Shown here one piece after another: positions 8,585 through 17,400 of a stretch of DNA of 64,000 nt. The position numbers and the translations under genes were made by a program. Numbering within the stretch: the first letter of the stretch is position 1; each line of letters begins with the position of its first letter. The notes beneath the pieces are model-generated. The model saw only the letters and a list, made by a program, of their open reading frames with translations. It searched no databases and was not told the DNA's origin. This DNA comes from Spirochaetia bacterium (GTDB lineage Bacteria > Spirochaetota > Spirochaetia > SZUA-6 > Bin103), in contig CBDBDQ010000005.1 in NCBI GenBank assembly GCA_965203905.1, forward strand, positions 4,544,001 to 4,608,000, read 5' to 3'.

Positions 8585-11500
8585 ATGGCAGTTAACCTGA
8601 TCACCTGCGGTCCCACTGTCAACGAGAGCGAGCGACACGCCATCCAGCATCTCAAGGCAGGTCTCATTGGTCACGGCGGAAACGGGCAGTGGCTGCTGCT
8701 GACGAATCTCGCCTTTTCGGCGACTCATCGACTCCAATCCGACGAGATCGACATCGTCGCCATCGGGCCGCCCGGGGTTCGGGTAATCGAAGTCAAGCAC
8801 TGGGATGCGGCGTGGATCAACCGGAACACGGACTTGGTCGAACACGAAGCCGACCGGGTAACCAGCAAGGCGCGCAGGATCGGCACGAAGCTCCGCGCGA
8901 AGATCCCCGGCCTCCGGCACGTAGCGGGTGCATTCCTGGTGACTCGGCCCGCCACCAAGGACCAACCGCTCAGGAACGAGGAATTCCGGGGCGTGCGCGT
9001 CTACCCACTGAAAAGGTGGCGGGAAGCCGTTGGCTTCGACTTGCCGCAGGCGCTGTCGGCGCCGCAGATCGAGACGGCAGCGCGTGTCCTGGAGCCACGG
9101 AGCCGGGCTGCGATAGACGGCGAATTGCGGCGGTTGCCCGGTTCCGGTTACACCTCGCTCGAGTTGCAGACACCTGCTCACGAGCAGTTTCACCGTGTGT
9201 ATCGGGCGACACACGCCTCCCGGCGGGATCGCGTGATTCTCCACCTCTACGACTGGTCCGCGAGCGACGACCTAAAGAAGGCGGAGGTGAGGGCGCGCCG
9301 CGAGTTCGAGGCCTTGCACCGCTTGCAGCGACACAGTTGGGCACCGCGCATCATCGATTCGTTCCAGGACGTCCGCGGCTATCCCGGGGAGATAGCGTTT
9401 TTCACCGTGGCTGACCCGTCGGCGCCGTCCATCGCCGAACGTGCCAACGACAAGTCCTGGGATTCGGCGGCCCGGCTGGGTTTCGCCCGTAGCGCCATCC
9501 GTGCTCTGGCCGAACTGCACGAAACCGAGTCCGGCGGCGAGCCGATGCTGCATCGGAATCTGACGCCGAAAACGGTGCTGGTCAGGCATGACAATGCCGC
9601 GGTCCTTACTGGGTTCGAGCATGCCCGGATTCCAACTCAGGTCACGGTCGCCTCGTCGCCCTCCGCCACGGAGTGGGACGAGGCCGCCGCGCCCGAGGTG
9701 CGCGTGCAGGGCCGTGGGGCCGCTGACCGTCGCTCCGACACGTATTCCCTGTGCGCTTCACTCCAGATGTTATTCGCCGGACGCGAAGACGACGACAGCC
9801 GCGCCGCCGAGCGCGCCCTTGCTGGCGGTGCCGCGCACGAACCAGATGCGCGGAGCACATTGGCCCAACTGGACGCCGCGCTGAGCGAGATGCTTGGCGA
9901 AGACCCTCCCGCCCCGCCGCCGCCGCCGGCCCGGTACTGGACCGAGGATCAGGTCGTGCGTTTCGAGGGTCACGACTACCGGATCGTCGCTCGTCTCGGT
10001 TCCGGCGGCGTAGGGACGACGTTCAAGGTCGTCGAGATCGACCGCAGGACGAAAGAGGATCTGGGGACGTACGTCGCCAAGGTCGTGCACGAAGGCGAAA
10101 CCGCCGACCGCGTATTACGGACCCACCGGCTGGTTCGTTCCCATCTCCGCCATTCCGCGTTGTCCACCGTCTACCAGGTCGCTTCGGAGTGGCAGGACAA
10201 CGCGATCACCGTCCTGATGACGTGGATCGAAGGCGAACGGCTCGGCGAGTACACCGGGCTGATTAAGGAACTCGCGGACGACTACGGGAAAGAGTCCCGA
10301 GATGCTCTGGTGGTACGCTGGCTGAGGACGACGTGCGAGGCGCTGGGCGAGTTACACGCCAGCGGCCTGGTGCACGGCGACATCAGTCCCCGGAATCTGA
10401 TCCTGTCGGGATCTGACTTGGTTCTGACCGACTACGACTGCGTGACCAAGATAGGCGAACCGAGTGCGGTGCCGGGCACCGTGATGTATTGCTCGCCTCG
10501 CGCCGATGGCCACGTTGCGGCGCCGTCCGACGACCTCTACGCGTTGGCGGCGAGCATGTTTCACGTTCTGCTCGCCAGGGAACCGTTTCGGCGCGATGGC
10601 GACCTCGCTAAAGAACGCGGTTTGAACTGGACCGGCGTTGAACGCGCCGATTTCCCGGTGTTGTCAGCGTTTCTGGATCGAGCGACCGATCCGGATAGGG
10701 ACCGGCGATTCACACGTGCGACGGCGGCGCTGCAAGCGTTAGCTGCCGCTTCGTCGGCAACACCCCGGCCTGACGACTCGACATCCACCGAGGGAGAAGC
10801 TGAAAGAGAGACCGAGCAGCCACGCGTTCAACGGGAACGAACGGAAAACGAAGTGGCTTGGCTGCGCGACGTGCTGCAGTCCTACCCCGGTTCGCGGTGG
10901 GGCAACCGAGAAACGCGCGGCCTGGACAGCGAGTTTGCCGACCGCACCTACGTTGAAACCAAACTGGAACAGGCACTATACCGGGACCTCCAGAACGGCA
11001 ACGTCAGCTTGGTGGTCCTGTGCGGCAACGCTGGAGACGGAAAGACCGCCCTGCTTCAGAGACTCGCACAGCGCCTCGATCTCGGAGATCACAAGTCGTC
11101 GCGGCGTATCCTGGAGGGACAGACGCCGGCTGGATTGACTGTCCGTATGAATCTGGACGGGTCCGCGTCCTGGGAGGGGCGCACGTCGGACCAACTACTC
11201 GACGAGTTTCTGGAGCCGTTTCAGCACGGCCGGCCGAGCGAGAACATTGCCCACCTGCTAGCTATCAACGATGGCCGCTTGCTGGAATGGATCGAGGACC
11301 ACGAACAGAGTCAAGGTGGACCTACGCCGCTGACGCGATCGCTCACCACCGGTCTTGATGGTGGCCGGCAACGGGAGCACGACGCTCACGTCCGATTCGT
11401 GGACCTGAACCAGCGTTCGCTCGTGGGCGCCGTCACCCCAGACAGGACGAGAATCGAGACCGGCTTTCTCGACCGCTTGGTGGATGCGCTATACGGCGGC

Positions 11501-12643
11501 AAAGAGTCTGCGACGATCTGGGCACCGTGCCAAACGTGCTCGGCGCAGCACCGTTGCGAGGTGCTCCGTGCGACGCGTCTGTTTGCCCCCGACAGCCGCG
11601 CCGACGAGCGCGTTCGGAGCCGTGTCCGACAGCGGCTGTTCGAAGCGCTGCAGGCCGTTCACCTGCGCGGAGAGACGCACATCACCGTGCGCGAGTTGCG
11701 CGCGGCGCTGGTATACATCCTGTTCGGTGTTCACTTCTGCAGCGACTACCACTCCGGCGAACACACCGACGCGTTGGCACACTGGGATCGCGCATTCGAT
11801 CCTCAGTCGCCGGGTCGCCAGGGAGAAGTGCTGCGCGAACTGGCTCGCTTCGACCCCGCCCTCGACGCCCATCCGCACATCGACCGCGCTCTACTGCATC
11901 CGTCGACCATTGCCAGGGAGTTCAACGGCCCCGGGTTCCTCGACGCTTCTCGCGGAGCAGCCGAACGCCGCGCGCGGTTGGTGTCGGAGCGGCGCCGCGC
12001 GTACTTCGAGTGGCCCGAGTCGCGGATTGAGAGTCTGGCGGGAGATCCTGATGCACTGGGGCTCGCTCAAGGGCGTCATTTAAGCCAGTTCCGCGACTTG
12101 ACCATCGTCGACAACGCGTCCCGTGACCGGTTGGCTGCGCGTCTCTGTGAAGGAATCTCCCGACTCGAAGCCCTGCCTCCGCAGGCACTGAACCGTTCGG
12201 GTGCCGTGCCATTGCGCATCACGCCGCGAACGCCCACCGAGACCGCCTTCTGGGTCGAGAAGCAGGGCAGCGATTTCCGACTCGAGGTCGAGCTGCCCGG
12301 TACGCCGGACCTGGATCGACTTCACCGCCATGCGAAGCTGATTTACCGCTATCGGAACGGCTCCAATGAAGAACTGCTCCTCGGTGCCGAGCTGTTCCAC
12401 CTGCTGCTGGAGCTGGCCGACGGCTATCAACTGGGCGACGTCGCCACGGACGGCACGTTCGCTCATCTGTCGATCTTCGTCCAGCGCTTGGTGCGGGAGG
12501 ACGAACGGCGTGTGTTGGCATGGAGTCCCATGGCCGACGAAGCCGTCTTCGAAGTCGCTGCGGAGCATGGCGCCTCCGGGCGGCGTCAAACCCTGGCAAT
12601 TGGTCGGCGCGATTCGGGAGATTGGAATGGCGAAACCGGTTAA
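8585..12643 (+). CDS. NERD nuclease + pseudokinase + Ser/Thr kinase + P-loop ATPase fusion (Mad6/DndF-like)
   Basis: EIDIVAI...VIEVKHW (NERD); LHRNLTPKTV/TGF (degenerate kinase); LGSGGVG, VAK, HGDISPRN, LTDYD (kinase); LCGNAGDGKT and LAINDGRL (DndF-type ATPase); CxxC-x5-C. Confidence 0.85.
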   Translation: MAVNLITCGPTVNESERHAIQHLKAGLIGHGGNGQWLLLTNLAFSATHRLQSDEIDIVAIGPPGVRVIEVKHWDAAWINRNTDLVEHEADRVTSKARRIGTKLRAKIPGLRHVAGAFLVTRPATKDQPLRNEEFRGVRVYPLKRWREAVGFDLPQALSAPQIETAARVLEPRSRAAIDGELRRLPGSGYTSLELQTPAHEQFHRVYRATHASRRDRVILHLYDWSASDDLKKAEVRARREFEALHRLQRHSWAPRIIDSFQDVRGYPGEIAFFTVADPSAPSIAERANDKSWDSAARLGFARSAIRALAELHETESGGEPMLHRNLTPKTVLVRHDNAAVLTGFEHARIPTQVTVASSPSATEWDEAAAPEVRVQGRGAADRRSDTYSLCASLQMLFAGREDDDSRAAERALAGGAAHEPDARSTLAQLDAALSEMLGEDPPAPPPPPARYWTEDQVVRFEGHDYRIVARLGSGGVGTTFKVVEIDRRTKEDLGTYVAKVVHEGETADRVLRTHRLVRSHLRHSALSTVYQVASEWQDNAITVLMTWIEGERLGEYTGLIKELADDYGKESRDALVVRWLRTTCEALGELHASGLVHGDISPRNLILSGSDLVLTDYDCVTKIGEPSAVPGTVMYCSPRADGHVAAPSDDLYALAASMFHVLLAREPFRRDGDLAKERGLNWTGVERADFPVLSAFLDRATDPDRDRRFTRATAALQALAAASSATPRPDDSTSTEGEAERETEQPRVQRERTENEVAWLRDVLQSYPGSRWGNRETRGLDSEFADRTYVETKLEQALYRDLQNGNVSLVVLCGNAGDGKTALLQRLAQRLDLGDHKSSRRILEGQTPAGLTVRMNLDGSASWEGRTSDQLLDEFLEPFQHGRPSENIAHLLAINDGRLLEWIEDHEQSQGGPTPLTRSLTTGLDGGRQREHDAHVRFVDLNQRSLVGAVTPDRTRIETGFLDRLVDALYGGKESATIWAPCQTCSAQHRCEVLRATRLFAPDSRADERVRSRVRQRLFEALQAVHLRGETHITVRELRAALVYILFGVHFCSDYHSGEHTDALAHWDRAFDPQSPGRQGEVLRELARFDPALDAHPHIDRALLHPSTIAREFNGPGFLDASRGAAERRARLVSERRRAYFEWPESRIESLAGDPDALGLAQGRHLSQFRDLTIVDNASRDRLAARLCEGISRLEALPPQALNRSGAVPLRITPRTPTETAFWVEKQGSDFRLEVELPGTPDLDRLHRHAKLIYRYRNGSNEELLLGAELFHLLLELADGYQLGDVATDGTFAHLSIFVQRLVREDERRVLAWSPMADEAVFEVAAEHGASGRRQTLAIGRRDSGDWNGETG

Positions 12644-14447
12644 TCCGCGCGACATCGTCCGTGGCGTGTTGCCACGAAACATGGCAAAGGAGCTCTGGTC
12701 GGCGCGCTACGAAAAGGCACTCCCAATCACTTCCAACAGTTTCGAGCTCTCCGCAGTGTTGCCCGCGGTGTTGTACATGTTCAGATACGGACGACGTCGG
12801 GGAACGGGCGAATTCCTGAAGACGTTCGTTCCGGAAGGTGGTACTCCACCCGAGCGCCGGAGGAAGGCGACCGTCGAACGCGTCGCGAAGGCGCTGGCAT
12901 CGAGCGCGGACTTGCATGGTTTCGATGGCCAGGTCGAGCAGGCGGTGCTGGGTGACCTGTTGCTCTGTTTCTGTCTGGAGAATGCGAATCGGAGGCTGGG
13001 TCGGGACCAGCAGATTCAACGGGTTGCCGCGGCGCACTACCTGGCGAGCTGGGTCGACCTTCCAGAAAGAGTAACGGCACTCCGCTCCGTCCCCGAGATG
13101 ATCGTGGCGATGCTGGCAAATCAGTACGGCAATCACGTCGTGCCTACGCATCTCGATAGTCAAAAGACCTGGTTTGCGGTGGCACGCGGCGCTCAGGACA
13201 ACGTGTTGCTCCGTGCCTTCAGTCAAGGAGTAGCGCACCGAGGCGGTCCCCTGGATGATACGGCTTCCGATCGCTTCGATGAGAACCAGACGGTCGGTCT
13301 CGATCAACTCCTGATGATTCGCCTCGCACAGCAGTTGCCGAACGCTCCTGATCGACCACGAGGCAACGAAACCGAGAAGATCTCGAATCAACGTCCGATT
13401 GCCGAACAGACCGCCGAACACTTCTCCGAAGACATCCGCCTGTTTGTGCGAGCTTACGCAGCCACCACGCCGCGCTACATCTTCATTGACATGCTGGAGT
13501 CGTGCATGTCCACCGGCATGACGGCGATCCTGACAAGTGTCATCGAAATCCTGTTCGCATGGTCCGACACCGGTGCGGTACCGCCGAAGCACGAGCAGCG
13601 TCCCGCGAGCATCTTCGTGGATTGCTCGAACGGCGTCGATACCCGACTGCGCGGGCTGGCCGAACACTCCATGGACGATTTCATGCGACGTGTCGAGCGA
13701 GTCCCCGTTGTACTGATGATGCTCAGGCTGCTGGACTACACCGCGAAGCACAATCGGAAGATAAAGAAGCAGCAGATATCAACACTGCCGTACGCTACCA
13801 GATGGCTCAATCTGCTCGGAGACATCATGCATCGACGCCACGAAGAAGCGCCATTCATTCACCGCACGATGGACGACTACTGTGAAGCGCTTGCGGACGC
13901 GTTGGACGCTGAATACCCGGATGCGACCGAAGTGCTGCGTAACGATGCGAGCGAACCCAACTCGATTCGCCGCTTGGCCGCCGGCCTTACACCGCTCTTG
14001 GGATCGAGTCACCGTGGTAATTTGCTCGGGATGGTCGACTCGACGCTGCAAGTTGGCCGCCCCAATGGCTTGGCCCACAAGCGCCTCACCACTCGCGGTG
14101 CGAGTTCCGTGACGTCGGGACGCCGCCGCCGCGAAGTCCGATCGCTGCACCTTACCGACGCGGGGTTGGACTACCTCGTTCATCTGCACGTCTTGAGCAA
14201 GGAGCAGAGCCCCAAACAGCGTCGAATCTCGTTGCGATCGTTTATCGACACGATCCGCAAGCGCTACGGGTTCCACGTAGACGCAGCGCCGGAAGGAATG
14301 ACGATTTCCAACCAGTTGCTGGAGGTCAACCGCACGATTCTCGAGCGCCGGTTGCGTGATCTTGGCTTGCTCGTCGGTGTGAACGACGCCGAAGCCATGA
14401 AGCGGCTCAAGCCTCGTTTCCCGGTGGAGGATGGATGCCTACCGTGA
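12627..14447 (+). CDS. DndG/Mad7-like protein
   Basis: Overlaps both neighbours; C-terminal FIDTIRKRYGF...LERRLRDLGLLVGVNDAE resembles the DndG/Mad7 end; family call rests largely on position. Confidence 0.7.
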   Translation: MAKPVNPRDIVRGVLPRNMAKELWSARYEKALPITSNSFELSAVLPAVLYMFRYGRRRGTGEFLKTFVPEGGTPPERRRKATVERVAKALASSADLHGFDGQVEQAVLGDLLLCFCLENANRRLGRDQQIQRVAAAHYLASWVDLPERVTALRSVPEMIVAMLANQYGNHVVPTHLDSQKTWFAVARGAQDNVLLRAFSQGVAHRGGPLDDTASDRFDENQTVGLDQLLMIRLAQQLPNAPDRPRGNETEKISNQRPIAEQTAEHFSEDIRLFVRAYAATTPRYIFIDMLESCMSTGMTAILTSVIEILFAWSDTGAVPPKHEQRPASIFVDCSNGVDTRLRGLAEHSMDDFMRRVERVPVVLMMLRLLDYTAKHNRKIKKQQISTLPYATRWLNLLGDIMHRRHEEAPFIHRTMDDYCEALADALDAEYPDATEVLRNDASEPNSIRRLAAGLTPLLGSSHRGNLLGMVDSTLQVGRPNGLAHKRLTTRGASSVTSGRRRREVRSLHLTDAGLDYLVHLHVLSKEQSPKQRRISLRSFIDTIRKRYGFHVDAAPEGMTISNQLLEVNRTILERRLRDLGLLVGVNDAEAMKRLKPRFPVEDGCLP

Positions 14448-17400
14448 CGTGGACCGCACTCCATGGCTCGCTTCTCGCTCGGGCGTTCGACAAGGTGCTC
14501 GGCCACCCGCAGCCAGGAGCCGTGGCCTTCGCACGCTGCCTGACGAAGGAAGTCGTACAGCAGCTCGCGATGGATTCTGCCTTCGATCTCGACTCGTGGA
14601 AGGTTTTTCGCGTTGCCGCCGTTCGGTCCGCTGAACGCACCATTACCGCTGACCGAGCCGTGGAGCTGCGCGAGAGCAAGGGCGACGCGCTGTTGCTCCT
14701 GGTCGACACTGTACGCGCGGGAGCCGGCATGGATGGCATTTACAGTGCCGCACGGGAGGTGGATGAGGCAACTTTGTTCCGCGAGGCGCGACGTCTGGCG
14801 CTGGCGACGATCACGAAGCGTCATTCCACCGCAACGCGCCGGTACGCGGAGGATGCGCTGAAGGCGGCGATCCGCACGTCCGGCGGCAGAGACGCGCTCC
14901 CGCCCTGGACGTCATTCGACTTCCTGTGCCGGATCGCCGCCGGCGAGCAGTCACCGGGAACGTACACACATGTTCTCGGACTGTGGCCCATTCGAGACAG
15001 CGCGGAGTCCAACCACGCTGACGACTTGCGCGACGCGCGGAAGTTTGTTGACGTTCTGTTAGGGCCGGCTGCCGCAAGTCTCGCGCCTGCCGCCCGCATC
15101 GACGCGCTACGCCTCGACGGCGACTCCGAACAGCAACGGGCTAGTCTGGAGCACTTCCTGCATGAGGTCGACGCCAAGCCTCTGCGTACGGCCCTCGAAG
15201 AGCTGGCGAAGCCAAACCAGCGGCACCTGTGGGTGGGTTCGCTGCGCACCGAAGGCCCGGCGCTTTCGATCAAGAGCATCGAGCTCACGCCGTGGCGTAA
15301 CGCGCACGGAAAGATTCATCGTTGGTCGGGGTTGGTAGACGACGGCGATGTCAATGACCCGCCGGCACTGATTCTGAGCGCAGACGCGGATCAACCGGGC
15401 GCTACGCTCGAGGTGCGGTGGAAGGTCGATCCCGGTGATCTCGAACGTAATGCGGTCGATTACCGTGTACAAGTCGTTACGGGAAACCTGAACGAGGAAC
15501 TTGCCTATAAGGACGTACCCCACTCCGCTCGAAAGACCGGTGAAAAGTGGCGCTTCAGCGGCGACGACTTCGCGCTTGATGAAGATGCGCAAGTTGCCGC
15601 CAAGGTGGTCGTTTCGGTCGTCGGAGATGAAAAGGTTGAGCGGCGGGAGAGTGAGGAGTTTTTCATCCGTTTTGGTGACGGACCCGATCCGCAGACCGGC
15701 GGGATCGGCGTCAGGGTTCGCGCCTTCAGCGAGGGCGTTGCCGCGCTGAGGAGCCGCGATGTGGTGTCGGAGATCGCGGAGGCCCCGCAGGTGGCGGCCG
15801 GCGGCAGGAGTTACGTTACGTTGCGCACACCGGTTGAGGGACGGCGGCGGCGAAGCTACCGGGTGTTGCGCTCCGCTCTGGTCGCTGAGGTCGAACGTGA
15901 TTGGAGCGCGCGCGAGGGTTGCGTCGGACGCTGGGTACTCAAGGTACGCGGCTCTGGTGAGTGGGCTCGCGGTCCTGACTTCTCGCCGATGGACAGCAGT
16001 GGCGCGGAATGGGATCGCGTCGAGAAGGCGAGCCGCAGAGTGGCCGCGCGATTTGCTACCACTTGCGGCGGCGTGGCACAAATCTACGACGAGCGCAGCA
16101 AGGCACATGACATCGTCAAGTTCTACCTGCGGGCATGGCTGGCTCTGCTGAGGAGCGGAGATCCGGCTTGCGCAATCTGCAATACCGTCGAGGTGCAGTC
16201 GCTGTCAGGTCGCACGATTGGATTGATCGTCCTTCCGGCCCACCCGTTGCGGATGGCGTGGCACGCTGCCTATGACAACCTCGTACTCCATGCGGCCTTC
16301 GAGCAGAGTGTCAGGCACAGCGACCTGCTGCGCGAATTGGCCGGACTCGACGGCGCGATGTTTCCGGCGTTCCTGCCCAACCCGCACGGTGGGGCGTTCG
16401 TGTTCGCCGACACCCTGGGTTTTCACGCGGTCGGTATGGTGCCGGACGACGACCGGGAGCCGAAGGCCGCGGTGGCGATGCTGGCACGTGCCGTGGGAGG
16501 CAGCGACGCGGCTGACAGCGCACCGAGCGTGGGCATGCAGAGCGCCGCGGTGCTCGGGAGCGAAGTGGTAAAGTACCTCGATTGCCATGACACGGCCCGA
16601 CTGTTGCGGATACACGCGCTGCGTGCCGGCGACGGTATGACCGTGGCGCGATCGCTCGGCACCGTTCAGGAGCACTACCAGGACGGCGAAGAAATTGAGG
16701 ACGACACCGATCAACTGAACACAACGGCGCCGGTGTTTTCGCTCGATCTGTATCCATCCGTGGCACAGCAGGGCATTACCGGGCGCTTCATTGCCGAAGC
16801 GCGCGAGAAACGGCGCAGCGGGGCCGGCGTGCTTGCCGAACAAGACCGCTGGATGCTGCAATCCGTGAGTCTTCCCGGCGGGGTCAACCAACCTCGCCTG
16901 CGCTGGGCGCGCAAAGACCAACAGGATCCGAACACGGCAGCGCACGTTGCCATCGCCTTCGATACGTTCGAGTCCCGCGTATCGCCCGATCCGGCAGTGT
17001 CACGCACGGCCCGACCACTTCACGCGTTCGGCCTGCTGTCGTTCTACGAACGTCAGTACGCGAGTCTGCCTGCGCCACAGTGGGTCAGTGCTGCCCCACC
17101 GGGTCACGGGGGCGAGAAGCACCCGTCGAGCCGGACGCACACCGATACGCTCCTGCGCCTGCAGCACGCGATACAACAGGCCGTGTCCAGCCACCTGGGC
17201 ATCACGGGCTTCCCGGTGCTGCGCACCGAGATCTCTGTGGAAATGGCAGACAGCCTCGACAAGTTGCATCGATTGTGCGACTGGGTAGTCACCTTGGACC
17301 GGAACGCCGGTGTCGAGTACTTCGACTCGCCGCGCGACAACCCGACGGTATACGACGCCTATATGATCGACTGCGTGCCGGAACGCGATGACCTTGGCTG

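Noticed and set aside
8585-12643. BREX type 2 (pglW) system
   Set aside because: No pglX, pglY or pglZ in the window; the C-terminus and downstream genes fit DndFGH/Mad6-8
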